Below, piece by piece: positions 34,271 to 49,100 of a stretch of 64,000 bases of DNA (position 1 is its first letter; the number at the start of each line of letters is the position of its first letter). The stretch lies in the NCBI RefSeq assembly GCF_009914755.1, contig NC_060935.1; one strand, 5' to 3'. Origin of the DNA: the human T2T-CHM13v2.0 reference genome, Homo sapiens. A program made the position numbers and the translations under genes. The notes under the pieces were generated by a model. That model did no database searches. It saw only the letters and a list, made by a program, of their open reading frames with translations, and had not been told where the DNA came from.

Positions 34271-36032
34271 ATGAAAGAAAATTGAAGGACAATATAATAA
34301 TGATGATTTATTTCAGTATTTCATCATTATTCCAGAAAAGTTTATGATTCTACCATTTGTTTATTTTTAGTATTTTTTGTTTAGTTGGGAATAATTGATA
34401 AATAATAATGAAATAATTCCCGAAAGATAAAATAGTAAAATGTTTTAAGATGTAGAAAAAAAAATTTTACTGTAACCTCATCATGAGTTTTATGTTCTTA
34501 AAAGATATAATGGATTCATATGGTAAGAATCTTTGGTAACCTTCCTATCTTCATCATAGAGATAAAATTAAATTTATTAAATAAAAATTAATTTTTTGTT
34601 ATTCTTCGAAATGACACACACAGAAATAAATAATAAAATATCACAAATGTCAAATTTAAGAAAAAAACTTCAAAAACTAAAATAAAGTCTAAAAGCCCCT
34701 ATTGTACATAAAAGGTTAGGGAAAACTTTATTTGCTAACTCAGCACTTATGCCCATTTAACATATATTTATGTGATTGCTTCATATATCTTCTTTTTATT
34801 TAAGAGGGATTTGAGAAAGATGAGAAGAAAATACATTTTGATAAGTTTTTCAAATCTTTCTTGCACATAAATATTAAGGGTTTGAATGAGACAGGAAGAG
34901 GGTAATTGTCAGACTGGTTGGAGAATGGAGAAGCAATATCAATTCCTCTTTTTGTAACTTGAATTTCTGGCAAGCAATTTGTTATTAGAACTTTTGTTCT
35001 GTCATCAGCAGACAGAACATAAATCTATGGAGGCATCATAGTGTACTTTGATCATACTAAGCCGGAATGGATTCTGATACTTTTTGTTGATAACCCTAAG
35101 ATTCAGAACAATATTGCCTGCCATAGACAAATTTACCTGGTGTAGGGCTTATGACTCATTCCAAGAACCAGCTCAGCAGTAAGCTTGAAAGATTTGTTGA
35201 ATATGCAACAGTGCTGACAACTACGTATAATTTTTTTTACTTGAATTATCTAAGAAGCTAGATGGGATAATAATAAAATAAATGAAATTTTTTGAAAAAA
35301 CTTTTTTTCGTTGATAGTGGGCATTAGTTTCACTAAAAGACTTTAGGGGTTTGATGGTTCAAACATCTGGCCTAGGGATACAAGGCTAACTATGGCTCTG
35401 ACTACAAGAGGTACATAAAAGATCTTCAAAATTATTTATAAAAGAAAAAAGCTACATTATCTTTCTCATTTCCTATTGTACTTTTCTTCATGAAAACCAG
35501 GTGTATCCCTCCCCCAATAGCACACTATAGCTGAATCATCCAGATGCCCTGGTGTCTTTGTTCTATACCATTTTTATTGCTATTGGAGAGCTCTTCTGCA
35601 GCAAATGGCTACTAGAGGAACAGCCTGTTTAATAACTGTCAGTCAGCCCTGATTTTTAGTATGAATTAAATCGGTCATCAAACATTTGTAGGAAGTCTAC
35701 AATGGCAGTGCTCTAAATACATAAATAAAACTAACTGATCTTATGCAGGAATAATAGGAGGTGATAGCTAAATTAATATAATTACCACAAGATAGGGACA
35801 TTTGAAGTATTATGGGATACACAGAAGGAGTTTATTTATATCATCTGAAAATAAGAAAGAGAAAAGAAAATATTATGATGTAAATTCAGCTGGCCTCCTT
35901 TTTAACTCTTAAGCTGAAAATAGGACATGAGAAAATGAGAATTTGGATATGAAATGGAACACAGGAATTATTTTAGTTATTTGGACATTGCCTGGTGAAG
36001 ACAGGGCTTGGTAAAGGTGCTAGTTATGTCTA

Positions 36033-36036
<4 letters not shown>

Positions 36037-36109
<73 letters not shown>
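36037..36109. repeat. (TA)27 followed by T19
   Basis: Direct count: TA at 36037-36090, T at 36091-36109. Confidence 0.97.
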
Positions 36110-36111
<2 letters not shown>

Positions 36112-36114
36112 CAT

Positions 36115-36215
36115 GGTTAGATTCAGCTCCGTGAAGGTAAAAGTACATCTTATTCATGTTTAAATCCCTGTCATCTAGCAAGGAATAGACTCAAATGTGT
36201 CCAGAATTGACTGTG
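36115..36215 (+). mobile_element. L2 3'-end relic
   Basis: 'ttagattcagctccgtgaagg...cttattcatg...atccctg...tctagca'. Confidence 0.45.
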
Positions 36216-38899
36216 ACCTCTCCTTTTGAATTTTCTTTATCAAACACATGCCTTAAGGCTGAAAGTCTTCTTTCTGGAATTAATCACTGAGTATCAAGCT
36301 TAAATTACTTGAAACTGCTTTCTTTATAAGAAAGTATACTTCTGGGCTTATCTATCTATTTGGACTTAGTTACTTCAGCATCTTGTTGAAAAGCTTGAAG
36401 ATAGAAAAGTTTCACCTACCAAATGGAAAAAAAATGGAAAGGTAAAACAAATTATTATCTTGCGGTTTCGTCAGCTACTTTGATCAGATTCACAGATATC
36501 AAGTTTAGTTGTGACAGAATTGGAAAGATCTTGGAGGAGGTGATACAGGGCAGGGAAAAGGCTACAAAATGTGTAACCCTGGATTCCTCATATCTTAGCA
36601 GCTGATAGGTACACACTTGACATTAAGAGTAACAACAGAAACTATATTTGTTTGTGTTCCTTCCAAATAATGCTAGTTGTCAAGTTCCTACCTAGATGGC
36701 AGGAAACACATATGTTACAACATCCCCTGTACCTAGAACTGGTTAAGGCTCAGCACAAGCGCTTCAGTATCTATGTCCTCATAATTACATTGCGAGGTTA
36801 TCTTTGTCAACTCTTTCTTCAATCCTCTCATACTGCAAAAATAAGCACGTATGCAAAAAGTGCACATAACAATACTGAAGGCTGATGAGAACTGGAGTGT
36901 ATACTTTACATCTCCTTCTTCACAAGTATCCCCAGGTGTCAGTACGCAAACCACACAAACCATGTAATCACAGGCTCCTTAGATCATGCACAGCAATCAA
37001 TGTGAATAAATGCTCAGTGGCACAGTCATATATGCAGGCCTGCAGGATGCCTTTTTAGGTTCAGCTATGACTCTATTGCTGAAAATAGAAGGGATTAGAT
37101 AACTCAGAAAGGGAACACTAAAAAAACAAACATTAAAATGTTATATTGCACTGGCCCTTCCTCGATATCTCTATTCATAGATACAAAACAGATGGGCATT
37201 TTGCCTTGAACATGATCATCACTAAATATATACTATTGAATGAATCTTATGTATAATGACTCATACACAATGACACATTTACAAAGCCACTTATCTACTT
37301 CTTGCATTCTTTGTATCTCTATTAATAATGTTTCACAAACTAAGGATATTTTCTATAAAAAGTAGAGTGCACACAAACATAAAATTTCAAGATATTCATG
37401 AATTTCCTGGAACTCATTTATAGGTCATAGACACCAAGATAAGATATCTTGATATAATTTAATTTTCTTATTTCACGGAGGAGAAAACTGAGACCTTAAG
37501 TTACTTGAAGGGTCAGTTCATTGCCTTTCCAACCATACCATTATATTGACTTTCCTTTTATGGATGAGAAATGACTTAATGAAATAATTCTTACAATGCC
37601 TCAGTAATAGAAGAGTCACTCAAGGCTACTTGGTCCTAAAATAATATTAATTATTTTATTGATGGCTCAGGATAATCTAGATGTCACACATTATTCTCCT
37701 TTAAGCAGAGCAGTAACATACAACTGACTAGAATTTCCTGAACATCAGGAACTTAATTGATTGTGTCTATCACTATCTTATGCACTTAAAGAAGATTCTT
37801 CTTTTGCCAGTAGCAGGAGGTAGTAAGAGTATATTAAGATTTTCCTAGGTCTTATTTATTAATTTTTGCAGCTCCACCTCATATCATATTAAACATATAG
37901 AAATTCACTCATATTCCACATGAAATGATATTTATGTGTAACTACATAAGATTTGGTTTGTGGTTCAATAGTCTGATAAATATAATTTTTTGGTAAACAT
38001 ACAATTATATATTCATACAGTTTAATTTTGTAACATTTTTCCTGCTATGAACCAATGCTTTTTATTTTTACAGATTCAAAAATTTTTCCGCATCGGCGAA
38101 AAGCAATTAGGCCTAGGCCTGTGCTCAAATGACTAATAAACGAAGCAGTCTTAATAAGAGGTGGCTATTACCTGGAAGAAATCTCCAAAGACTTTGTGAT
38201 TTAGTACAGATTGACATGCAAAATCACTGATAATTGGTATTTGGGAATGAATATTTTCTTCAGCTCAAATATCAGATCCAAAATTTGGTATTGATTTCAA
38301 AGCTTAGCCTGGAAAGGCCAGGGAGTTAAAGCTGGATATAAGTTAGTGTTCTGAGCTATGAGAGCAAATAATATAAAATGTAAGTGAATCAAATACACAA
38401 ATAGCCTATTTGTTACACACCCTAATGTTAGTCAACTGAGTGCAGAGTCTATATATATTCATCACAGCTGATAGCATTCATCATTGTTTATATCAGTTAA
38501 TAAATATATGATGGATAAACATGATTTATTTCATATCATATTGATGTGAATTTAAGGCACTCAGCTCCAATCTCCTCCTGATAGATGTATGATTGACATT
38601 CAGGGTAACCAAATGCCTTGGGCTTGTTTTGATTAACATTATTCTTACTTACTCTACACTAAGACTATCAGTGTCATTTGCCACTAAATCTGTGAGCACT
38701 GGAAAATTACTTTCACGAATTGAATTTCAAATTTTTATCAGTAATGGAAGGATGTCTCTCTTGCCACATTGTTGTGAGGATTAGAGATAGCACACACAAA
38801 GCAACTGGAACCACAATAGAGACAGGAGGGCAGACATGCGATAAAGGATGGCTACTATTTTTAGTCTGTTTTTCAGATGAGGAAATTTGGCCCAATGGA

Positions 38900-39300
38900 A
38901 GTTCTCTCCTCTCCTCAAACTGATTCTTTTTATTCTCCCATCGCTGATAGACACCCTACTTCTCAGCTACTCTTGCATGTGGGTGTGGCCTTATGAAAAT
39001 CTTGCCAGTGAAAAATGAGCAGAACATGTATGGGCAACTTTCAACTTACTTAATCAAAATGAAATTGCTCGCCCCGGGCATTATCTCTTTTTCCTTCATG
39101 CAGGCTGGAAAATGAATCAGGAGAGCCTCTTCTGACTATCTAGATAAGCACAGTATTTAAGAGGAGAAGGAATATTAGGGAAGAAAAATTAGGGTACTGG
39201 TTGATGTTATGGAACAAAGCTTCTCCACCTGCCCAAACAAGAGGTGAAAACTTTTTATTCTAAATCTAACCCGCTTCATTTTCTCGTGACATTGAAATTA
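38900..39300. mobile_element. Old ERVL/MaLR-type LTR relic (LTR16-like)
   Basis: 'ttctcagctactcttgcatgtgggtgtggcc...gccagtgaaaaatgagcagaa' motif. Confidence 0.4.
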
Positions 39301-39444
39301 TTTGCTCATCAGGTTTATTAAAAATATGTTTTAAATTAATTTCTTGGAAGTTTATTGACAGATTGAAGTTGACTCTACTTTATTTCTTCTTTTATTTGTA
39401 TCCGCAAAAAAAAATATAATGAAAACAATGGATAGAATTTTTGA

Positions 39445-39670
39445 ATATTCATTATACCAAAATACTGTGCTATGTGCTACATGTTATGTCAGTAATTTTT
39501 ATAATAACTCTATATGTTATATAGTATTATTATCCTTATGCTGCATATGAAGAAATTATGTCACAGAGATTAAATAGATTTCCACTGGTCATTTGGCTTT
39601 AAAAAGAATGGAACTAAGAACCAGGTTGCCTTGATTTAAAATCTTAGCTCTTCAGTTTTTAAACTGAGCC
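39445..39670 (-). mobile_element. MIR relic
   Basis: 'actgtgcta...tattattatcc...tgaagaaa...cacagagattaaat'. Confidence 0.55.
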
Positions 39671-40346
39671 ACTGGGAATTTGCTCAACCATTCTGTCAAA
39701 TGAGCCATACCTATTTAAAAGACTCTGGTAAAAAATAATTTTATGCATTTGGTTTATACAATCTGAAGACAAGAAAAAGCACCTATTAGGCTTTGAGATA
39801 TATAAATCTTAATCCTGGTGTGAAAGTGGAATTTATTTGTGTCATACCAGAGACCAGAGTAGAATAAATGGTAAAATGACTGAAAAGGAGTTTAATAATG
39901 AAACGCATTAATGAATTGTGTTCATAGAAATGGCATGCCTTACCTCAAAGTTGTGAGTTGCTCTGCACCATAAATATTTAAAGATAATATGAATGTCTTC
40001 AAAGATTTTGAAGATGAGTTCATTAACCAATGGAAAATTGACCTGAACTTTCCTTGAATTTTCAAAATCTTAATTTTATAGAAATTAATGTTTAATCATT
40101 GTCCCATCTAATATGGAGATATTATCAATCTGTGACTGTATATCACTTCCAGTTTTGTACCACATAAAGAGAACACAACCTTTGCTGTTTCAGTTGTATT
40201 TTCTTCCTCTGAACTGAAAGGACATATAACTAAAATATTTAGCATAGCTGTTTCTGGGAGATGAATTTTTAAAATTATTTTATCATATTTTTCTTTGTTC
40301 CTGATGTCTGTACTTTTTATCTACATGTGTATTTATTTATATACTG

Positions 40347-40559
40347 CAGTAAGTCCTCACTAAATGTCACAAATAGGTACTTGAAAATTGTAACTTTAAG
40401 AAAAATGACATATAGCAGGTACTCACATAACATTGTTTTACTCAATGTCATTTTGTTATCACGCTGATTAGAAAGAAAAGATTGGTTTTGTTATATGCCA
40501 TTTCATTTAAAGTTTCAGTATCTGATAACCTATCAATGGTATTAAGTGAGGACTTATTG
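40347..40559. mobile_element. TcMar-Tigger MITE (MER6B-like) with long terminal inverted repeats
   Basis: cagtaagtcctcact...agtgaggacttattg; imperfect inverted repeat of ~65 bp; TA flank on the right. Confidence 0.85.
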
Positions 40560-42957
40560 TATACCTGTATGTGTTATAGTAATACAAAATTCTATAATTT
40601 TATATATAGGATTCAGGCAGATAATTCAGAATTTTTTCATTAAAACACTAATAGACCAAATTTCTACCTATCTTTTAATTTTATATTTATTTGGAAAAAT
40701 ACATGTTTGTTATCAGCACTGCCTAGTTTACCACACTGCCCAATAATTCCGAGACATTTTTCCAGTATTTTATTTGCCTTGAATATGGTAGATGTCAGAG
40801 GAACTTAAACTAATTACTTCTGAGCTCACTTAAGCACCAAAATACATTTTTTGAGTTAGCTTAAGCCTAAAACACAAGGTCTAGTTTTATTTCTTTGAAA
40901 GGATACACATATTGTTGAATGTAGTATATTTATATCCCCATATTATGTATTTTTCAACTGTATATAAATATGGAATAATCTAAGAATAAGTAAATACATA
41001 CCTATGGCTAGCATTTTGTAATGTACAATAGTTTTTTTGTTCTGTCTCTGAACAGCACACAGTCTCATAAAACACTTTATGGTGTATAGGGACTTTTTAA
41101 TATTTTCAAGGCCATAGAAAGTCAATGGCACAAAAAGATATCTTTTATTACCTTATTGAAAGTTTAATGTCTGCTAAAATAAATTTTAGATTTCTTTACT
41201 TACTTATAAATGGACATTTCTATCTTATTCAAAATATAAAGTGGGAACAATTACATAATTTACAAATTCATTTTCCAAAGTGTCTCTCTGTTTAAAAAAA
41301 TTATTAACTTTCCATGAGAAATCTTTTTACATTATAACCGTAGAGCATTAGAATACCACAATCAATCAGTAAGGTTATCTGAACTCTACCCTGATCTCCA
41401 CTTATGTCACTGACCACTCAAAACCACAGACGTCTAATCTCCAAAGTCAGAAGGCAAATGAGAAAAAGTAAAGATAAGGATCAAAGAGTCCTGAAGATGC
41501 ACTCCATTTTTCTCTAGGTCTTTTGAAATGTGAATTTTGTTGAAATTTTAGAAGTTAGGTGGATGAAAATGGCTGCCACAACAGCAGAGGCAGTAGTACA
41601 TTTCAGTTTATTCCCTGTCCTTGTTAGCAGGAGAATCAAATTACCCCTATTATGGCCCCATCTTTCCCCAACCATGCAGAATGGAACTTCAATTATTTCA
41701 GCAAAGTGAATGTTTCGTCTCATTGTTGAAAAAGATAGATACTCTATGTCTATTCTTTCATATGGCCATATTCTTCTTACCTAAAATACTTTTTCACCAG
41801 AAGAAACAAATTTATATCATTCATATATATATATATACATATATATGTATGCATATATATTTGGTCAGTTTGAATCTGATTAATTAAAAAGTTAATAGGA
41901 AAAAAATCAGTCTTCTTTTAGGGCTCTGAAATAGAAATGCATATGAATTCATAGCTACCTATCTTCACTGCCTCACATATGTAAACTCATGTGAATTTCT
42001 TCATTAATTTTGATAAGCTTATGCTGTGGTATTATAATGCCACCATACATAAATGATTTATAGAGTTTAAATTTAAATTATGGTCTCTTAATACAAATAG
42101 AATTAATGAGTCTTGAAGGACAAGTTTTCCTTTAAATTTTTTTAATGTACATTTAAATTTTTAATAAAGTCTCTGACTGTTTGTTCATGTTTCCTGCCTA
42201 AGTATGTGTCAAAAATCCTTTCGGTAGAATTTAATAAATTTGTGATAAGCCTTATTGAGTGTTTGAGATGTTAGCTCTGTTCCAGTTAAATGAGAGCCAC
42301 ATCTCAAGTAAGAGATGGGTTTTTTGGGGGGATGTGTCATTTTCAAAGACATAGTTAAGAAATTGATTCAAAGTATTTGCCTTTGTTTGTAAGCAATTTA
42401 TTTTATTGGTGATGTGCAAATTAACTCTCTTACTACAATCTGTTTTTATTTAATATTTTATATTCTCAGTTCGATGGAATAGGTACCACACATGGATTAA
42501 TCAATTTGAGAAAATAAGATACAAAGCAATCAAAAGACTTCTAAAGTTTAATATCATTGCAAAGCCAAGAGACTCTTTAAGTCTGACCACAGTAAGGTGA
42601 TCTTTAGTTTCACACTAGACAGTATGAAGTAGCTTGCAAAAGAGCTGAATTTTCGAAAGCTACTTAGTGGCCGTGAGTATTATCCCAGATGATTATCCAC
42701 AAAACTAGAACAGGGAATTTTGGCTATCTTTTTTCTATAGAATTTAATATATGTTATAAAAACCATTCTACTAAGCAAGCAAAATTCCTGAGGGCCTAAG
42801 TACCTCTATTTTTATTTTCCCTCATTTCTTCAAAATTAGTGGGACTGTCTCTGCTTTTGAACCTAGATGTGAACTCAGAAAAGCCCACTCCCTTTTCTGG
42901 CTGTTTGTATAATATCTCAAAATCCAACAAAACCCAGTTTCATGTAGAAATCAAAAC

Positions 42958-43006
42958 TTTTAACTTTTCTTTTTAGGCTCCTTTTTAACTTTTCTTTTTA
43001 GGCTCC
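42958..43006. repeat. 24-bp perfect tandem duplication, period 25
   Basis: ttttaacttttctttttaggctcc at 42958-42981 and 42983-43006. Confidence 0.95.
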
Positions 43007-43442
43007 CTTAGCTCAGGCCAAATATAAATGGTAAGCCTGCCTTGCTCATTGCAGTTTAGGATGCCTCTGGGAGTTGGAGGTTAGGGTAGAGGTGGGTAAG
43101 AAATTATCGATGCCATCATTCTGTGTGGGAAGTTGGTTTTACCATTGCTCTCTGGATATTTAATGATTGTTTTTCCCTTGCGAACACTTTCATGGTTTCT
43201 TTGGGGACGCCCTCATGGTTCTTGATCTCTAACCTTCTAAGTGATTAGTCTCTAAATTAATCCTTAATTAATTTGTATTTCAGGTCATCCCAAACTCTTC
43301 TTCCACCGCAAGGATTCCCTTGATACCTGTTTAGCTTCATTTTCCATTTCAGGGTCATTCTTGGAGAAAACATATTATGGGTCTATATCAATTCTGCCTC
43401 TCCTGAGGGCACATCTTTTATCCATGAAAACACTATTGCATT

Positions 43443-44257
<815 letters not shown>

Positions 44258-44696
44258 TTAACAAGTTGCTCAGTGAAGCAGCAACTTCCCCTTTGCTCCA
44301 ATAGCCAGCCAATCACTCGTCCTTTGATTTCTCCGATATTTATATATCAATCAACTATGTTTCACAGAGCTTTGAGTAATCACCTTGAAAAACCATGTCA
44401 CGAAATTTCAGTTCAGCAGGAAGGATTAGGATGGCATATAGTTGTTAAATATGAATTTACACTGTAATAACTCTCTCCAAAGACCAAACACATTCCAGTT
44501 CAAAAGCCTCTAAAAAACAGGTTCTAAAATCTCATAATACGTTTTTTTTTTTTAACTTGGCCTTTTCAATTTCTATGTAAAATTGAAAATCTTCATTTGA
44601 ATATAATATCTACTGTTTTCAAATCTTTACAAGTTGCTTCCCTTTTATCATCATAGATCATTTTACACTAATGATGGGTGGGAGGTGAATGAATAC

Positions 44697-45122
44697 TGTG
44701 AATTGAATTCTGTTCCCCTGAAAAATATGTGAAATACTTGTGCATATCACCTTATCTGAAAACAGGATCTTTTCACATATAATCCAGTTAATACAGTCAT
44801 TCTACAGTGGAGTTAACCCTTAATTCAATATAACTAGATTTCTTGTAAGAAGAGAAGGAACACAGAGAAAGAGATAACACAGAGAGGAGACTGCTATGTG
44901 AAGACACAGATACACAGAGGTAAGTCAACCATGTGGGATGAAGGCAGATAGTGGAGTTCTGCCACTGCAAGCCTAGGATTGCTCTTGACAACCTGAAACT
45001 CAAATAGAGATCATGACCTTGCCCATTTTTTTTTTTTTGGATTTCTATTTTCCAGAACTGGGAATGATTTAAGCCACCCAGTTTGTAGTAGTAATCCTGC
45101 AGCAATGCTAAGAAATGAACAC
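44697..45122 (+). mobile_element. MLT1B/C-like MaLR solo LTR
   Basis: 'tgaattctgttcccc...aaatatgt', 'tttccagaactg', 'tttaagccacccagtttgt...gcagca...agaaatgaaca'. Confidence 0.8.
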
Positions 45123-45669
45123 TTTCCTCTTGACTAAACATTCAATGTGTTTTATTTTACTATATTTAGTATAAAAGTAGCATATGAAACATATCGGATT
45201 ACTTTTTATTTAATTACTTATTGAACCACGAGTTGGCCAATTGTGAGAAGTCAGTCATGACGGAAAAGTGTATCCATCAACCTGGTATCTAGGTTGAGAA
45301 TTTGGATACCTCCTCGGGTAAAAAGTGAAATATTTTCTTTTTATTTTTTTGTGTGACATAATCGACTGGTGTATGTGGCCACCTTTTTGAAGAATAAATG
45401 TATGGGATGATGGACTTATGTAAATATTTATGAGTTAAGAAATGAAATGTGAGGACATATGTTATGTTTGGGCCACTCAATAGTTGTTTCTTTTGGATAA
45501 AAACAGCCTAAATTTTTCTTTAGAGGACCTGTTTGTCCTTTTCCACTGTACACATATTTTGTTTTGTACTCACTGTGCTTTTAGCTTTGAGGGCACGAAC
45601 AGGACCCTAGGTCTGGCCAATTAAGACAAAACAAAACAAAACCCCACATCTCTGTCCTAAAAAATGAAT

Positions 45670-46145
45670 ACATGTATAAATGGGCAAAGGACCTGAATAG
45701 ATGTTTCTCAAAAAAAGACATACAATGGTCAATATGTACATGAAAAAATGCTCAGCATCACTAACGATTAGGGAAATGAAAATCGAACCCACAATTTGCT
45801 ATAACTTCACACCTGTTAGAAGGGCCACTATCAAAATGATTAATGTTAACAAATATAGGAGAGGATATGAAGAAAACAGAGCTCTTGTACATTGTTAGTG
45901 GGAATGTAAATTAGTACATCCATTATGCACAGCAGGGTGACACAGTCAATAATAATGTATTATATATTTCAAAATAACTAAGAGAATAAATTTCAAATGT
46001 CTCACCATAAAAATATTCTAGGTAAAGAGGTGATGAATATGTTAATTTGCCTGATTTAATCTCTCTGTACTGTATATAGATATCAAAACATCACATTGTT
46101 CTTCATAAAGGTAGACAATTATGATTTGATCATCAGACATACTAT
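45670..46145 (+). mobile_element. L1MA (MA4-MA8-like) fragment with internal deletion
   Basis: ORF2 C-terminal peptide (45701-45898) joins at ~45928 directly to the terminal 3'UTR 'acagcagggtgac...'. Confidence 0.78.
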
Positions 46146-49100
46146 TAATAATATATATTTGTAAATGTGTATGCATGGTATGCTTTCAGATAAAATTGGT
46201 GATATTAGCTGGAAGTTTTAATCTTTCATGCTAAACTTTTCTGCTTGCCCACTAATGGAGTTAATACAGAAAAATTTATTGCTGAGAAAGAGTAAAGAAA
46301 ATGTCCCTATAACCTTCAAAGATAATATTTGATAATGACTGAGACCTTATAACCCTGACGTATAGAGCCAAACACATATTTTGCCCTTCCTTCTGTACCT
46401 GTAGGAGAACTATTTATCTTCCTGTCTGTGGTAAACTTTCTGCATGTATATGCTTCATGTGAGAAGGAACAATATCTTGATTGTTGCCTGATAAACATGC
46501 ATGAGTTAACTCTAAAAATCAATTTGCTTTAAAGTCCAATGTATTGAAATTCACAGTTTGCAATCAAACATTTTTCTAAAATTAATAGGGAATCATCTAT
46601 AAACTTTACATACGTTAGAATTCATTTTTTAAATAATTTTTATAGGATCATTTTGTAATTTAAATGAATACATATCATAATATTCTTGATGTTCATATAT
46701 ACATATTCTTAATAATTTTAAAACATCAAAAATGCCACCTCCATATTTTTAAAGTATAGTTCATTTAATCTCGCTAATAGTTTGAATTTCTACTGTATGA
46801 TTTAGTAATTTCATTTTTTCATGTAGGGAAATATAATGATATTGTTAGATTATTTCAAAACCCCAATTGTTCTAACAAATCAAAGATATTTTGTATTTAT
46901 ATAATAATTGAACAAACCAATCTTATGTTTACATAAATTTTATCTTTATTTTAGTATGCATGACAGTACACATTTAAACAAGGAACTATTCGAACAATAA
47001 ACTTTACATCATTTTTAATATTAAAACAACAGACTCATGTATAAACAAACCAAATATCAGAAAGTAATTCCTTTTCTAGAACTACAGTGATATACACACA
47101 CACATTCATATATTAGAAGACAAATAGACTTTTTTTTCGTATTTTTACTACTTGGAATTTTGTTTTAGATTTTAGGCAAATGAAGTCTTCTGTTTCAGAA
47201 GAAGAATTCAAAGGATATTTTTCACTTAAAACATGGACATAAAGTTAATGAAGTAGGAGTTTTATAATCAAAGAACATATAACTATACATTAAACTTATT
47301 TACTTTTTTTTACATAGTGTATTTGGTCTTTAAAAATCTCACTCACCATAGAATGAAGACACGGCAACAGTAGAATCACAATGTTTACAAATCAATATTT
47401 CAACAACAGTGGTATAAAATTAGAGTTTTAAATTTTATCCTTATAATTTTTTTCATACTTTTTGAAAACACTAGGCAGCAGCTGCATGCACTTTTTCTAT
47501 TTTCTTTGAAGGGCACATTTGTGCTTGCTTAATTATACACACATTTCCAAAGACCAATTTACATTTGTCATTAGATATCTCTTAGCAAGAAAGTCAATAA
47601 TAGTTGCATGGTTAAATTAAAATGGTTGTAATCTAGAATTTTAAAATCAGGCAATAATAAAAATGATGTTACAGTTTTGTGTTTTAAGATATAGATTTTT
47701 CTAACACTTAGAAGGTATTTGGAGAATATTGTTATAAAATGAAATAAGCCATAGCAGATCAATATTTAAAGTAAATAGCCTTAAATCATTTGGTGTAATT
47801 AGGTTTTAAGGACAGTAAAAATAATTAGATTTAGAATGCTTAGGTACTTGGCTATTTAAAAGTCTGGCCCTAATACAGCTAAGCATTTTACTTAAAAACC
47901 CAATAATTAGGAATAATTTTCATCGGTTGCTTCTATGTAGGCTGGTACACTTCCTTCAAATAATCGATTTCAGTATATACAGAAAATAATTTTCTCAAGT
48001 CATTGACAAAGTTAGGGCTAGTTGTGGGCATTTGAATCAAGAAAAGTTTAAGAAACTATCCCAAATTGCTTCACTTTTAAAAACAAAAGTATAAACTTAA
48101 AATTGCTAACATGTACTCCGTGAACATTATAGTGACTATCTTTGTATAATACTGGATATTAGTAGTCAAATGAATAAAATATATTTTGAGTAAATTTAGT
48201 TCAAAAGTTTTATTGTGTTTACCACAAGTCATAATGCCTAGTAATAACTAAATATATTCAGTGCTTATAGGTTTTTTTCTTCCCAGCATTTTTCTCAGGG
48301 CTTTATGTGTGTTTTCAAATATCACAACATTATTTTTGATATGGGCACACGTTATTATTTCATTTTGAGATGCCTTCAACTTTGGCTAAAATTTAGAAGA
48401 TAATAAATGGCTGAGCCAAGGAAAATGGAAAAAACTGTGTTCTTATTCATTGTGTTCTTAATAACTATCCTATAATATTGTTCATCTTCATTTAATATGT
48501 TTAATTTTATACATTTAATACTACAAATAGTATGTTTAATATAAATAGCACAGAATGTATTCCTGCTCTCAAGAAGCATGTCACCCATTTGAAGAATTTG
48601 CAATAAATGTAGACTTGTAAGTGTGGATGGCAAGATCTGCGGTTCATGACTTGAAAGGGGAGCAAACCTGGAGATAGAGGATACCCTCCACACACAAGGT
48701 CATGTGCCCCAAATGACACAAACCGAGGCTTGTCTGAAATGAGTCAGGCGGAGTGCATTAGAGCCTCTTCTCCTGCTCACACATATTGCCAAACTCACCT
48801 ATGGAAGGGGGTCCAGTGGAACTAGCCAAAGGTTTTATCTCAACAATTTTATAGCACTAACCTCCTGCTTTATTATAGCCAAAAACACTGTTCCAAGTAT
48901 CATGGAGTAATCAGAAAAAGTGATGGTAAAACTGGAATAGAAAGTGGAGTGGAAGAAAAGCCAGAGAGGTGGAAGCTGTTCTAACAATGGCACATTAATG
49001 ATTAATAAGTATTCATGGTGAAAATATTCAGACTGGCACATGATTCTGGTTGTAACACTACAGAAAAAATATTGAGAAAAAAAGGAATTCTAAAAGGTAG

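Noticed and set aside
36600-37100. Unique stretch with short ORFs on both strands
   Set aside because: No splice signals, poly-A/TSD or homology that I can support
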